In this document: positions 1 to 9,323 of the stretch, piece by piece
Layout: the number at the start of each line of letters is the position of its first letter
How positions within the stretch are numbered: position 1 is the first letter of the stretch
Assembly: GCA_000830295.1 (NCBI GenBank)
Contig: CP010425.1
Location: 35,927 to 99,926 of the forward strand
DNA from: an archaeon GW2011_AR15
GTDB lineage: Archaea; Nanobdellota; Nanobdellia; Woesearchaeales; GW2011-AR15
Direction: 5' to 3'
Length of the DNA: 64,000 bases
Program-made: the position numbers and the translations under genes
The notes under the pieces: generated by a model
What the model saw: only the letters and a program-made list of their open reading frames with translations
What the model was told of the DNA's origin: nothing
Database searches by the model: none

Positions 1-130
1 TAATATAAAAGAGGTCATGAACTATAAGTGGGTTGCTCCTGAAAAACTTCATGAAGATATTAAAAAGAACCCCGGCAGCTACACGCACTGGCTGAAGCTC
101 TGCCTGAGCAGGGTCATTTCTTTTTCCTGA
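1..130 (+). CDS. C-terminal fragment of a Nudix-type isopentenyl-diphosphate isomerase-like protein (partial, start outside window)
   Basis: Frame 2 is open from the window edge to TGA at 128-130. The tail ...[31 protein letters not shown] resembles the C-terminus of type 1 IPP isomerases. Confidence 0.3.
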   Translation, partial: NIKEVMNYKWVAPEKLHEDIKKNPGSYTHWLKLCLSRVISFS

Positions 131-500
131 ACTCCAGGGCAGCGGAATTAATGCAGTACCTTTTTCCTGTCGAAATTGGTCCGTCATCAAAAACATGGCC
201 TAAGTGGCCACCGCATTTCCTGCAGGTGACTTCTGTCCTTACCATGCCGTGGCTTTCATCCCTCCTCAGCTCAACAGTCTCAGGCATTGATTCAAAAAAA
301 CTCGGCCAACCGCAGCCCGAGTCGAATTTTGCATCAGAAAAAAATAATTTCTGGCCGCAGCCAGCGCAAACATAAAAGCCTTTTTCTTTATGGAGATAAA
401 ATTTTCCTGTAAAGGGAAACTCTGTCCCTTTCTCTCTAAGTATGTGATACTGCTCTTTGGTCAGCTTCTTTTTCCAGTCTTTGTCTGGCATTGCAGGCAT
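114..500 (-). CDS. msrB: peptide-methionine (R)-S-oxide reductase MsrB
   Basis: SelR/MsrB domain with CGWPSF and two CxxC pairs ([21 protein letters not shown]). The start is trimmed to an internal Met (MPAMPDKDW) because the upstream 24 codons look like read-in. Confidence 0.8.
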   Translation of the reverse strand: MPAMPDKDWKKKLTKEQYHILREKGTEFPFTGKFYLHKEKGFYVCAGCGQKLFFSDAKFDSGCGWPSFFESMPETVELRRDESHGMVRTEVTCRKCGGHLGHVFDDGPISTGKRYCINSAALEFRKKK

Positions 501-522
501 GATTAAAACATAGGCCGAGAAT

Positions 523-1020
523 TTATATAGTTTTTCCCTTCTTCCTCTCATAAACCCTGAAATAATAGTCATACGGGTTCTTCTCGTTCTTTGGCCCTTT
601 TTCTTCAGAGATAAGTTTCCACTCTTTCATGTCAAACTCAGGGAAGAAAATGTTTGCGTCAAAATTATGGTCGATGTAAGTCATGTATAATTTACCAACA
701 GTGGGCAGAAACTGCCTGTAGATGGATGCCCCGCCCATGATAAAAGCCTCATCATCATGCTTCAGCGTAGCAAGTGCGCCCTGTATTGAAATGAAGACCT
801 CGCAGCCGGGGATATTCATCTTCTCAAAGCTGAGGATGATATTCCTCCTTCCCGGCAGGGGCTTGCCGAGCGACCTGAATGTTGTAAGCCCCATGATGAC
901 AGGCTTGCCCATTGTTGTTTTCTTGAAATGCTTGAAGTCCTCAGGGATATGCCATGGTATCTGGAGATCTTTCCCAAGCTCCCTGTTTTTTCCCATTGCC
1001 CAGATCATAGAAAGTGCCAT
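523..1020 (-). CDS. folA: dihydrofolate reductase
   Basis: DHFR signatures IPW, [30 protein letters not shown] and IMGGASIY. The protein is 165 aa. Confidence 0.85.
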   Translation of the reverse strand: MALSMIWAMGKNRELGKDLQIPWHIPEDFKHFKKTTMGKPVIMGLTTFRSLGKPLPGRRNIILSFEKMNIPGCEVFISIQGALATLKHDDEAFIMGGASIYRQFLPTVGKLYMTYIDHNFDANIFFPEFDMKEWKLISEEKGPKNEKNPYDYYFRVYERKKGKTI

Positions 1021-1029
1021 TCTAATTAC

Positions 1030-1923
1030 CTATACTGCCACATCGCCTTTTATTGCAGGATGCGGGTCATATCCGGTGAGCTCGAAATCCTCAAACCTGA
1101 AATCAAATATTGATTTCACCTTTGGATTTATTTTCATTACGGGAAGTTTCTTCGGCTCCCTTGTAAGCTGCAATTTCACTTGGTCAATATGGTTGAGGTA
1201 AATATGCGCATCCCCGAAGGTGTGGACAAAATCGCCCGGCTCAAGCCCGCAGACCTGTGCCACCATCATTGTCAATAGCGCGTATGAAGCTATGTTGAAA
1301 GGCACTCCCAAGAACACATCTGCGCTTCTTTGATACAGCTGGCAGCTCAGTTTCCCGTCAACAACATAAAACTGGAATAATGTATGGCAGGGCGGCAATC
1401 CTGCCTTTGACATTTCCTCAACTTCAGGGGGGTTCCATGCTGAAACTATAAGCCTTCTTCCGTTCGGGCTCTCCCTGTCCTTCTTTACTTTCTTTATTTC
1501 ATCAATAACCCACTTTATTTGGTCAACGCCGTTGAAATCCCTCCACTGCTTTCCGTAGACAGGGCCGAGCTCTCCCCATTTTTCCGCAAATTTCTCATCC
1601 TGCGCAACTTTCTCTGCAAATCCCTTTATATCTTCACCCCGGAATTCAGCACTTTCTTTATACCTTCTGTATGGCCATGCATCCCAGATATGGACATTGT
1701 TCTGCGCCAGGTATCTCAGGTTAGTGTCTCCCTGCAAAAACCACAGGAGCTCATGTATTATTCCCCTAAGATACACTTTTTTTGTGGTAAGAAGCGGGAA
1801 TCTCTCCTGGAGGCTGAACCTCATCTGGTAGCCGAAGACGCTTATCGTGCCTGTGCCTGTCCTGTCTTCTTTCTTTACTCCGTTATCGAGGATATGCCTG
1901 GCAAGCCTGAGGTATTGTTCCAT
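1030..1923 (-). CDS. thyA: thymidylate synthase ThyA
   Basis: [17 protein letters not shown] and [12 protein letters not shown] are present, along with the active-site [11 protein letters not shown]. Confidence 0.9.
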   Translation of the reverse strand: MEQYLRLARHILDNGVKKEDRTGTGTISVFGYQMRFSLQERFPLLTTKKVYLRGIIHELLWFLQGDTNLRYLAQNNVHIWDAWPYRRYKESAEFRGEDIKGFAEKVAQDEKFAEKWGELGPVYGKQWRDFNGVDQIKWVIDEIKKVKKDRESPNGRRLIVSAWNPPEVEEMSKAGLPPCHTLFQFYVVDGKLSCQLYQRSADVFLGVPFNIASYALLTMMVAQVCGLEPGDFVHTFGDAHIYLNHIDQVKLQLTREPKKLPVMKINPKVKSIFDFRFEDFELTGYDPHPAIKGDVAV

Positions 1924-1977
1924 TGTAATTTTTCACTTTTAATTATTTAAAAAGATTGTGACATATTCTAATATCTG

Positions 1978-2562
1978 CTATGGCATCCACTTGGTGTCTT
2001 CCTTTCCCTGCCTGTGGCTGGCTAAACGGGCTGCTGTGAAAAGATAGTCTGAAAGCCTGTTCATGTATTTCAGGATGTTCTTTTCTATCTCCTCTTCCCT
2101 CATCAGCCTTATTATTTGTCTCTCCGCCCTCCTGCATACGACCCTTGCCATGTGAAGCAGTGCGCTTTCTTCAGTGCCTCCTGCAAGTATAAAATTCTTC
2201 AGCACAGGAAGCTCTTCCTCATACATGTCAATAAGCCTTTCAAGCTTCTTGACCATATCCTCTGTCACCCTTGGGATCTTGTTTGCCATCGGGTTTCCGT
2301 CTATCTTTGACTGTGAAAGCACAGAGGGGTATGCGAGATTTGAGGAGATTGCGTGCAGGTCTTTCTGTATATCCATAAGATGCGATTTAAGGTCCTCCTC
2401 TTCCAGCTTTACTATGGCAAGGCCCAAGAATGCATTGGTCTCGTCGAGCACTCCGTATGCCTCTACTCTCGTTGTATCCTTCAGTGTCCTTGAGCCGTCG
2501 CAGAGTGAAGTCTCTCCTGTATCCCCTCTTTTAGTGTAGATTTTTATCTTCCTATCTGCCAA
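1978..2562 (-). CDS. PduO-type ATP:cob(I)alamin adenosyltransferase
   Basis: The N-terminus KIYTKRGDTGETSL and the helical-bundle C-terminus are typical of the PduO/MMAB family. Confidence 0.8.
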   Translation of the reverse strand: MADRKIKIYTKRGDTGETSLCDGSRTLKDTTRVEAYGVLDETNAFLGLAIVKLEEEDLKSHLMDIQKDLHAISSNLAYPSVLSQSKIDGNPMANKIPRVTEDMVKKLERLIDMYEEELPVLKNFILAGGTEESALLHMARVVCRRAERQIIRLMREEEIEKNILKYMNRLSDYLFTAARLASHRQGKEDTKWMP

Positions 2563-4573
2563 TGTTTATCACCTGCTCGCTCAGGCTGCCTTCCCTGTAA
2601 ACTGTTATGCCCCTGCAGCCGAGCTCATATGCCAGCAGGAAGGATTTCTTTATGTCCTCGGTGGTTGAGCTCTTTTGGAAATTTATTGTCTTTGAGATTG
2701 CATTGTCGACATGCTTCTGGAAAACTGACTGCATCTTTATGTGCCACTCAGGCTTTATGTCATAGGCAGTCACAAATATCTTCTTCATATCCTCGGGAAG
2801 CGCAAGGTTCTCAAGCGAGTTTGACTGGATTATCTTCCTTATTATATCCTCTGAGAAATCAATGCCGTGCTCTTTTGAGACTTCCTCAAGCACCTTGTTC
2901 ACATGCGTTATCTCTGTGTTCCCAAGGACTTTCCTTGTATATCCGAGCGCAAAGTTGGGCTCTATCCCCGGAGAGGTGTCTGCAAGTATGCTCCTTGCTC
3001 CTGTAGGCGCGATTGCTATCAGCGAGCAGTTCCTCAGCTTTGCCTTGTTGCAGAATACGCTTTGCTTCCACATCGGGAAGACTCCTTTTTCCTCTGCCAG
3101 CTTCTCTGACTCATTCCTGGCTGTTGATGATATGAACTTCATGACCTTCTCAGCAACCGCAAGCCCCTCCTCGGAATTATAGGGAATCCTGAGTTTGTAG
3201 AGCATATCCGCAAATCCAAGCACTCCCAGCCCTATTCTTCTGTTGCCCTTGGCCATGTCCTCTATCTTTTTCACAGGGAACCTGCCAAGGTCGACTATAT
3301 TGTCCAAAAATCTTACAGAAGACCTTATGACTTTCTCGAGGTTCTTCCATCTTATCTGCTTCCTCAGCACGAACCTTGAAAGGTTTATTGCGCCGAGGTT
3401 CCCTGCGTCATAAGGAAGCAGGAGCTGGTCTCCGCACGGGTCGGTTGTTTCTATCTTCCCCATATCTGGGAAAGGATTTCCTTCATTTATCCTGTCTATG
3501 AAAAGCACTCCGGGGTCCCCTGTCTTCCATGCCATCGTAACAATGAGGTGGAATATGTTGTTGGCATCAGCCATCTCAATTACTTCGCCGGTTGCAGGGT
3601 TCTTTATTGCATATTCCTTCCTTTTCTTGACAGCTTCCATGAACTCGTCTGTCATCTCGACAGATATATTGAAGTTCTTTATTTCCCCCCTCTCTTTCAT
3701 AGTTATGAATTCTATTATGTCAGGGTGTTCCACGCTGAGCGAGCCCATGTTGGCAGGCTTCCTGTTTCCCGGGACAACTGTAAGGTCAGATGCATGGTCA
3801 AACAATTTTATGAATGCTATGGGCCCTGATGAAAATCCTGCTGTTGTCTCGAGCACCTGTCCTTTCGGCCTCAGCCTTGAAAATGAGAATCCTGTGCCTC
3901 CCCCCAGCCTCTGTATAAGGGCTTTGTCATAGAGTGCCCTGAAAATCCCTTTCATGCTGTCCTCAACAGGAATTACAAAGCTGCTGTAGAGCATCCTGTT
4001 TGATGTGCCTGCATTCGCAAGTATCCTTCCTGAAGGTATAAATTCAAGCGAAGACAATATTGTAAAGAAATCTTCCTCTATCTCCTCTGTCTGCTTCTCG
4101 CTTTTCTTATATTTCTTTTCTACAGAAGCGACTGCTTTTGCTACTCTCCTGAACATCTCTTTCGGCGTTTCAATGATATTGCTTTTCCTGTCCCTTGCCA
4201 GGTATCTGGATTTTGCTATCAGCAGCCCGTTCACGCTCAGCCTTGAGTCATCCATCCTGCCGAGTATGCTCTGTTTTAGTTTTCTTAATTCAGTCCTTTT
4301 CTGCCTGTAGAGGATGAATGCCTTTGCCATCTCAGACTGGCCGTTCTCCATAAGGACTTTCTCAACAATGTCCTGCACTTCCTCCACAGAGATGATGTGG
4401 CCGTCCTGGGCTTTCTTTTCTATCTCAAGGATGACTTTTCCGGCAATCATATCAGGGAGCTCCTGATTATCTATATTTACAGCCAGCATCGTCTTCTCTA
4501 TTGCAGAAGAAACCTTGGCAGGGTCAAAGTCTGCTATTGTCCCGTCCCTTTTCCTTATTTTAGAAATCCCCAT
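2552..4573 (-). CDS. nrdJ: class II (adenosylcobalamin-dependent) ribonucleotide reductase NrdJ, with N-terminal ATP-cone
   Basis: The N-terminal roughly 100 aa form an ATP-cone (KIRKRDGTIADFDPAKV...). The RNR barrel carries the motifs VIPVEDSM and PCGDQLL. The protein is 673 aa. Confidence 0.8.
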   Translation of the reverse strand: MGISKIRKRDGTIADFDPAKVSSAIEKTMLAVNIDNQELPDMIAGKVILEIEKKAQDGHIISVEEVQDIVEKVLMENGQSEMAKAFILYRQKRTELRKLKQSILGRMDDSRLSVNGLLIAKSRYLARDRKSNIIETPKEMFRRVAKAVASVEKKYKKSEKQTEEIEEDFFTILSSLEFIPSGRILANAGTSNRMLYSSFVIPVEDSMKGIFRALYDKALIQRLGGGTGFSFSRLRPKGQVLETTAGFSSGPIAFIKLFDHASDLTVVPGNRKPANMGSLSVEHPDIIEFITMKERGEIKNFNISVEMTDEFMEAVKKRKEYAIKNPATGEVIEMADANNIFHLIVTMAWKTGDPGVLFIDRINEGNPFPDMGKIETTDPCGDQLLLPYDAGNLGAINLSRFVLRKQIRWKNLEKVIRSSVRFLDNIVDLGRFPVKKIEDMAKGNRRIGLGVLGFADMLYKLRIPYNSEEGLAVAEKVMKFISSTARNESEKLAEEKGVFPMWKQSVFCNKAKLRNCSLIAIAPTGARSILADTSPGIEPNFALGYTRKVLGNTEITHVNKVLEEVSKEHGIDFSEDIIRKIIQSNSLENLALPEDMKKIFVTAYDIKPEWHIKMQSVFQKHVDNAISKTINFQKSSTTEDIKKSFLLAYELGCRGITVYREGSLSEQVINIGR

Positions 4574-4627
4574 CTATCAGCCCCCGATATAATAAAGAAA
4601 TAATAGAAGTATTTTTAAAAGTTGTTA

Positions 4628-4649
4628 TTGAAAATAAAGGCATTTTCAA
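4628..4649. promoter_or_regulatory. perfect palindrome TTGAAAAT-N6-ATTTTCAA upstream of the first RNR gene
   Basis: An 8-bp inverted repeat with a 6-bp spacer lies about 55-75 nt upstream of the nrdJ start at 4573. Confidence 0.3.
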
Positions 4650-4652
4650 TTC

Positions 4653-4690
4653 CGAAACCCGAATCATAAAATTGGTAAGTTCGGGTTTCG
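4653..4690 (-). terminator. perfect 11-bp-stem hairpin directly after the stop of the second RNR gene, followed by a U-rich tract in the transcript
   Basis: cgaaacccgaa at 4653-4663 and ttcgggtttcg at 4680-4690 are exact reverse complements with a 16-nt loop. The stop TAG (reverse strand) sits at 4691-4693. Confidence 0.45.
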
Positions 4691-6739
4691 CTATACAGTG
4701 CATACGCTGAAGCCGCAGTCCGGACATAGCACACACCCTTCCTGCTTGACAAGAGGCGCATCGCATTCCGGGCAGTTGGTCATCTGCTTTTTGTCGAAAC
4801 TCACCATGATTTTGCCTTCCGGCACCTTGTCATGCGCGGTTTTTCCTGACGATTCCACAACTATCACCTGTTCAGGCATCCCTTCAACTTCCAGCTCTTC
4901 TGTCTGGACAACTATTGTTTCCTCGGTCTCGACAACAACAGGCTCCGCTGAGCTCCTGGCCTCCTTCTTGACCTCTTTTATGTTCAGCACCTGGTTGCCC
5001 CTGCTTCCGTCCCTGTAGACTGTGCATCCCTTGCAGCCTGTCTTCCAGGCAAGCATGTATCCTTTCTTGACGTCATCTATGGTTGCGCTTGTGGCGAAAT
5101 TGATCGTCTTTGAGACTGCGTTTGTCACATATTTCTGGAATGCTGCCTGCATAAGTATGTGCTCCTCAGCTGATATGTTGAAAGAAACCTCAAACACTTT
5201 TTTCACATCTTCAGGGACTTCATCCAGGCCGTCAAGCGTTCCCTGCTCTGCAATCTTTTTCATAAGCTCTTCAGTATAGAATCCCCTTTCCCTGGCAACC
5301 CTCTCGAAGTGCTTATTCACGTAAGTGAACTGCTCTTTTATTGAATGGCTGTTCTTTATGTAGGCAAGGGCAAAGTTGGGCTCGCATCCTCCGCTTGTAT
5401 CCCCGACCATGCTGAGCGTCCCTGTCGGAGCAATTGCTGTTATGGCGCAGTTCCTAACTCTCCTGCCCTCTTTTTCAAATTCGCTGCCTTTCCATGCGGG
5501 AAAAACTTCCCTTTCCCTTGCAAGCTCTTCTGACATCTTCCAGCCTTCCTCATCAATAACTCTCATGACTTCTGAAGCCACCATCCTGCCTTCCTCGCTT
5601 GAATAGGGAAGCCCGAGCTGGTAGAGAAGGTCTGCAAATCCCAATACTCCAAGACCTATGCGCCTTGTCTTCTTGGCCATCCTGGTTATCTTCTCTGTAG
5701 GGTATTCCCCCGCATCTATGACATTGTCCAGGAAATGGATTGCTGTCCTGGTTGTCTTCCTGAGCTTATTCCAGTCAATCTCAATCCTGCCGTTGACTTT
5801 CCTGACCATCCTGTCAAGGTTTATTGAGCCGAGGTTGCATACCTCATAATCAAGAAGCCATATTTCCGCACAGGGATTTGTAGCCTTGAATAAGCCAATG
5901 TGCTTGATTTTATTGTGCCTGTTTGCTGTGTCTATGAAAAGCACGCCCGGCTCCCCTGTCTTCCAGGCGTGATATGCAATTTTGTTAAAGAGCTCTTTTG
6001 CCCTTACTGTTCTGGCAACCTGCATTGTGTGCGGATCTATGAGATCATACTCACCGTCAGCCTCGACTGCTTTCATGAATTTGTCGTCAAGCATGACTGA
6101 GATATTGAAATTTGTAAGCTGGGTAAGGTCATCCTTTGCTGTTATGAAATGCTCAATGTCAGGGTGGCTGATGTGGAATGTCCCCATCTGGGCCCCTCTC
6201 CTGTTGCCCTGCATTATTGTGCTGCACATTACATCAAATACCCTCATGAATGACAGTGGGCCTGAAGCAATCCCGCTGCATCCTGAAACCCATGAGCCGC
6301 CCGGCCTGAGTGTTGAGAAGCAGTATCCGACCCCGCCCCCCCTTTTCTGGATAAGCGCTGCCTCCTTGACTGCCTGGAATATGCCTTCCATGCTGTCCTC
6401 AACAGGGATTACAAAGCAGTTCGCAAGATTCTTTACAGGTGTGCCTGCATTTGCGATTGTCCTCCCGCCAGGGATGAACTCAAGCTTTGTAAGCATGTCA
6501 AGAAATTCTTTTTCTGTCTTTTCAACTTCCCCGTCTGGCCTGTACACTGCGTCCGGGCCTGCAATCTCCTTTGCTATTCTTTCGAACATGTCCAGAGGGG
6601 TCTCTACGACAGTCCCGTCTGCGTCCCTTTTCAGGTATTTTGCAAATATTATCCTAAGCTGGTTCTCGTTCAGCCCCAGTTTTTCTTCTTCACTGATGCT
6701 TTCCATAAATGTTTTGTAATCCTGCATTTTTCCGCTCAC
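4691..6739 (-). CDS. nrdJ: class II ribonucleotide reductase NrdJ paralogue, C-terminal zinc ribbon, no ATP-cone
   Basis: Clear paralogue of the upstream RNR (FVIPVEDSMEGIF, NPCAEIWL). It ends in CPECDAPLVKQEGCVLCPDCGFSVC. The protein is 682 aa. Confidence 0.8.
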   Translation of the reverse strand: MSGKMQDYKTFMESISEEEKLGLNENQLRIIFAKYLKRDADGTVVETPLDMFERIAKEIAGPDAVYRPDGEVEKTEKEFLDMLTKLEFIPGGRTIANAGTPVKNLANCFVIPVEDSMEGIFQAVKEAALIQKRGGGVGYCFSTLRPGGSWVSGCSGIASGPLSFMRVFDVMCSTIMQGNRRGAQMGTFHISHPDIEHFITAKDDLTQLTNFNISVMLDDKFMKAVEADGEYDLIDPHTMQVARTVRAKELFNKIAYHAWKTGEPGVLFIDTANRHNKIKHIGLFKATNPCAEIWLLDYEVCNLGSINLDRMVRKVNGRIEIDWNKLRKTTRTAIHFLDNVIDAGEYPTEKITRMAKKTRRIGLGVLGFADLLYQLGLPYSSEEGRMVASEVMRVIDEEGWKMSEELAREREVFPAWKGSEFEKEGRRVRNCAITAIAPTGTLSMVGDTSGGCEPNFALAYIKNSHSIKEQFTYVNKHFERVARERGFYTEELMKKIAEQGTLDGLDEVPEDVKKVFEVSFNISAEEHILMQAAFQKYVTNAVSKTINFATSATIDDVKKGYMLAWKTGCKGCTVYRDGSRGNQVLNIKEVKKEARSSAEPVVVETEETIVVQTEELEVEGMPEQVIVVESSGKTAHDKVPEGKIMVSFDKKQMTNCPECDAPLVKQEGCVLCPDCGFSVCTV

Positions 6740-6778
6740 CGTTCTCTTTAGTTTTTGTTATCCTTGAAATATACAAAC

Positions 6779-6826
6779 ACACAATATGTTGTGTCCCAAC
6801 ATATGAGAATCTACAATATGTTGTGT
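6779..6826. promoter_or_regulatory. tandem pair of NrdR-box-like 16-bp palindromes upstream of the second RNR gene
   Basis: ACACAATATGTTGTGT at 6779-6794 and CTACAATATGTTGTGT at 6811-6826 are 32 bp apart centre to centre. They match the acaCwAtATaTwGtgt NrdR consensus and abut a TATA-like GTATATTT next to the gene. Confidence 0.5.
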
Positions 6827-6901
6827 ATCATAATTAAGTAGGAAAATTAGTATTTAAACATTCCTACAAATGAAAATAGATAATGAAAAATATATTTTTA
6901 G

Positions 6902-7204
6902 TCATTTCTTTTTCCTGTGGCCTTGCTCAAGATGCTGCTTTATGGCATCCCTGAGAAGCTTTATCTCAAGCATATGCTCAGACTGCAGCATTGCAAGCTC
7001 CTCCTTCATGTTCTCTGATATCGCTGTCTGTATGACCACAAAGAGCAGCAGCATCCAGATGAACAGGGCTCCGAGCCTGACCCATGCAAGTATTGTCCCT
7101 GCCTGTTCTGCAAGGAATATGAGGTATAAGCCGATGAATATAAGCGCCATCCCTGCCGGAAGCAGCAGCTTCTCGAATAGATTTATTTTCCTGTTGCTAA
7201 ACAT
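6902..7204 (-). CDS. small membrane protein, unknown function
   Basis: 100-aa ORF with two hydrophobic helices and a charged C-terminus. Confidence 0.4.
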   Translation of the reverse strand: MFSNRKINLFEKLLLPAGMALIFIGLYLIFLAEQAGTILAWVRLGALFIWMLLLFVVIQTAISENMKEELAMLQSEHMLEIKLLRDAIKQHLEQGHRKKK

Positions 7205-7220
7205 TGATAACCACCCCTTT

Positions 7221-8099
7221 TTATCTGAACTGGACTGATGGGTTCAGGTTTATAAAATTTTCTTTCCCCATGCCAGAAAAAATAATGTCAAGGAATCCTT
7301 TCTTCTCTTCCAGCTCAAAAGCAGAGACTGTTATGTTATGCCTGGACGCTACAAAATCCAGCACATCCTTCCTTGTGCCCAGCTCATCAACCAGGCCGAG
7401 GTCTTTTGCTTCGCTTCCGAGGAAAATCTGGCCTGTTGCAAGCCTCCTTACGCTGATAACGCTCATGTTCCTGTTCTCTGCGACTTCCTTTATGAAGAAC
7501 TCATTCATCTTGTATATTATATCCTGGAATATCCTCCTCTCCTCTTCACTGGGCTCTTTGAAAGATGAGCCCATGTCCTTGAGCTCGCCTGAGACATACC
7601 TCTGGTAGGTTATGTTGTATTCCTCGAGGAATCCGGAAAAGTCAAGGTAGGAGCCTATCACTCCTATGCTTCCTGTCAATGACATCCTGTTTGCATACAC
7701 ATAGTCTGTCGAGCTCGCGACCCAGTATGCTGCGCTTGTTCCCATATCCCTTATCAGGGCGATTGTTGTCCTGTTGGCTGATTTTATCCTCTGGGCTATC
7801 TCATCAGCAGCAACCCCTGAGCCGCCCGGTGAGTTTATGTCAAATATTATCGCCTTTACACCCATGCCCTCTGCCTTGTCTATGGCTGCTATTACTGCCT
7901 GGCTGGAGATTGTGTCGCCTGTCAGGCCGCTGCTCTCCTCTACGCCTATGACTCCGTGTATCGGGATTATGGCAACATTACCTGTCCCAAGGCTCATATC
8001 AGGGCCGAACAGGAAGGATGTTGCAAAGCTTATAATCCAGAGTATCAAAAGTATCTTCAGGACCGGGAGTATCTTTTCCTTAAGGCCAGTTCCTATCAT
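7221..8099 (-). CDS. sppA: signal peptide peptidase SppA (ClpP-fold serine peptidase)
   Basis: N-terminal TM segment, then the SppA/ClpP-fold core (IIPIHGVIG, AIIFDINSPGGS, GTSAAYWVAS). The start is set at MIGTG, which overlaps the upstream stop in ATGA. Confidence 0.75.
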   Translation of the reverse strand: MIGTGLKEKILPVLKILLILWIISFATSFLFGPDMSLGTGNVAIIPIHGVIGVEESSGLTGDTISSQAVIAAIDKAEGMGVKAIIFDINSPGGSGVAADEIAQRIKSANRTTIALIRDMGTSAAYWVASSTDYVYANRMSLTGSIGVIGSYLDFSGFLEEYNITYQRYVSGELKDMGSSFKEPSEEERRIFQDIIYKMNEFFIKEVAENRNMSVISVRRLATGQIFLGSEAKDLGLVDELGTRKDVLDFVASRHNITVSAFELEEKKGFLDIIFSGMGKENFINLNPSVQFR

Positions 8100-8590
8100 A
8101 TTGAGATCTCCTCTATGATTTTTGTTTTTGTCAGCCTGTCTGAAAGCCTGCTGCCTGTTATGAAAAGGTATGCGGGGTCTGCTATCCAGAGCAGCCACAA
8201 GGGAAAAACAGGGAAGCATGCAAGATTCCTTATTGCCACATTGAGAAAAGTTATCCTCTCTTTTTTCTCGGTCTGGAGCTTCAGCCTCATTATCATCTTC
8301 CCGGGCGTCTGGCCGAACTTCAGCTCGAATATCACAAAATATGCAAACACCAGAAGGAACATGACAGCAAATGCGGGAATCAGGGAATTTATTGCATCAG
8401 GATTTGCCGCGATATAATTATAGTTCTGCGTGAAATCCCGGCTCGTGGGAATAACCCTCTGCACAACCCCTGAATACGGCATGAAAATCACGAACTGGAT
8501 AATCAGGATATCAATGGCAAAAGACAATGTGCGCTTCCATGCAGGAGCGTTTGCAGTCATTACCCTTTTCTTGGGAAGATTCAGGTCCAT
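8096..8590 (-). CDS. RDD-family membrane protein
   Basis: RDD-like topology (three TM segments; conserved R and DD positions). Confidence 0.5.
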   Translation of the reverse strand: MDLNLPKKRVMTANAPAWKRTLSFAIDILIIQFVIFMPYSGVVQRVIPTSRDFTQNYNYIAANPDAINSLIPAFAVMFLLVFAYFVIFELKFGQTPGKMIMRLKLQTEKKERITFLNVAIRNLACFPVFPLWLLWIADPAYLFITGSRLSDRLTKTKIIEEISI

Positions 8591-8625
8591 CAGCCCTGTT
8601 AATTGGAAGTGGTTTAAATTGTTTT

Positions 8626-9282
8626 CTAAAGAACTGTGCCAAGATCCACCATGGGCTTTGCTGTCCTTTTCGTGTCATCCCACCCTATTCTGGGGCAGGC
8701 TGTATTGACCCAGACATCGACAAAAGGGAAATCCTCTAACTTGTCAAACTCAATGGTGTCAAATGCAATATAGTAGAAATTTTTTTCAGGATATTTTTCT
8801 TTTAGTTTTAATGCCTGCTGGAGATAGCTCTGGCCTGATTTTGTGCTCACCAGAACCCCGATGTTCTCTTTCATCAGGAAGCTGGAGTAGGCTGCTTTCT
8901 GCCTCTTCACTTCTTTTTCCATCAGGGATTTTGTCACAACAGAATATTTTTTGTCCACAGGATTCCAGATGTGAACATGCTGCTCATTTCCCAGCACAAG
9001 CGCCTTTGGATGGAACAATCCGTCTCCGACATAGAGGAATGCATCCACCCCGTCAAATTTCTCAAGGTTGCACCCGTATATCTGGCCCGGCTGCTTTGTG
9101 TGCTTGCCTTTCAGCAGCTTCACTGTCCTGCCTGTCTTTTCTATATCTTTTTTTATTGATTCAAGCGAGTCAATGAACTGCACTGTGAAGAACAGCCCTA
9201 TTGTCTGCGGGAGCTTTTCTATCACGGATTTCGGCACTTTTATTATGCCGTCGTATTTTGCCTCGATAAAAAGGAATTTCAT
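8626..9282 (-). CDS. dph2: diphthamide synthesis Dph2-like protein (2-(3-amino-3-carboxypropyl)histidine synthase), lacking N-terminal domain 1
   Basis: Near-colinear with archaeal Dph2 domains 2 and 3 (GQIYGCN, VGDGLFHP, LEDFPFVDVWVNTACPRIGWDD). The ORF cannot extend further 5' (in-frame stop at 9298). Confidence 0.65.
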   Translation of the reverse strand: MKFLFIEAKYDGIIKVPKSVIEKLPQTIGLFFTVQFIDSLESIKKDIEKTGRTVKLLKGKHTKQPGQIYGCNLEKFDGVDAFLYVGDGLFHPKALVLGNEQHVHIWNPVDKKYSVVTKSLMEKEVKRQKAAYSSFLMKENIGVLVSTKSGQSYLQQALKLKEKYPEKNFYYIAFDTIEFDKLEDFPFVDVWVNTACPRIGWDDTKRTAKPMVDLGTVL

Positions 9283-9323
9283 GATGGGAAGAAACAAAAG
9301 TTAGTTTAAAAAAGCTTTCAAAA

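Noticed and set aside
722-1201. Long plus-strand ORFs antisense to folA and thyA, and similar antisense ORFs elsewhere (for example 5982..6719, 14605..15081, 31300..31854, 42613..43092)
   Set aside because: Each lies entirely inside a well-supported gene on the other strand, and the translations are low-complexity Ser/Leu/Pro-rich. Judged spurious shadow ORFs.
2552-2562. 11-nt overlap between the adenosyltransferase start and the RNR stop as a programmed frameshift site
   Set aside because: An ordinary short overlap of co-oriented genes with different frames. There is no slippery heptamer.
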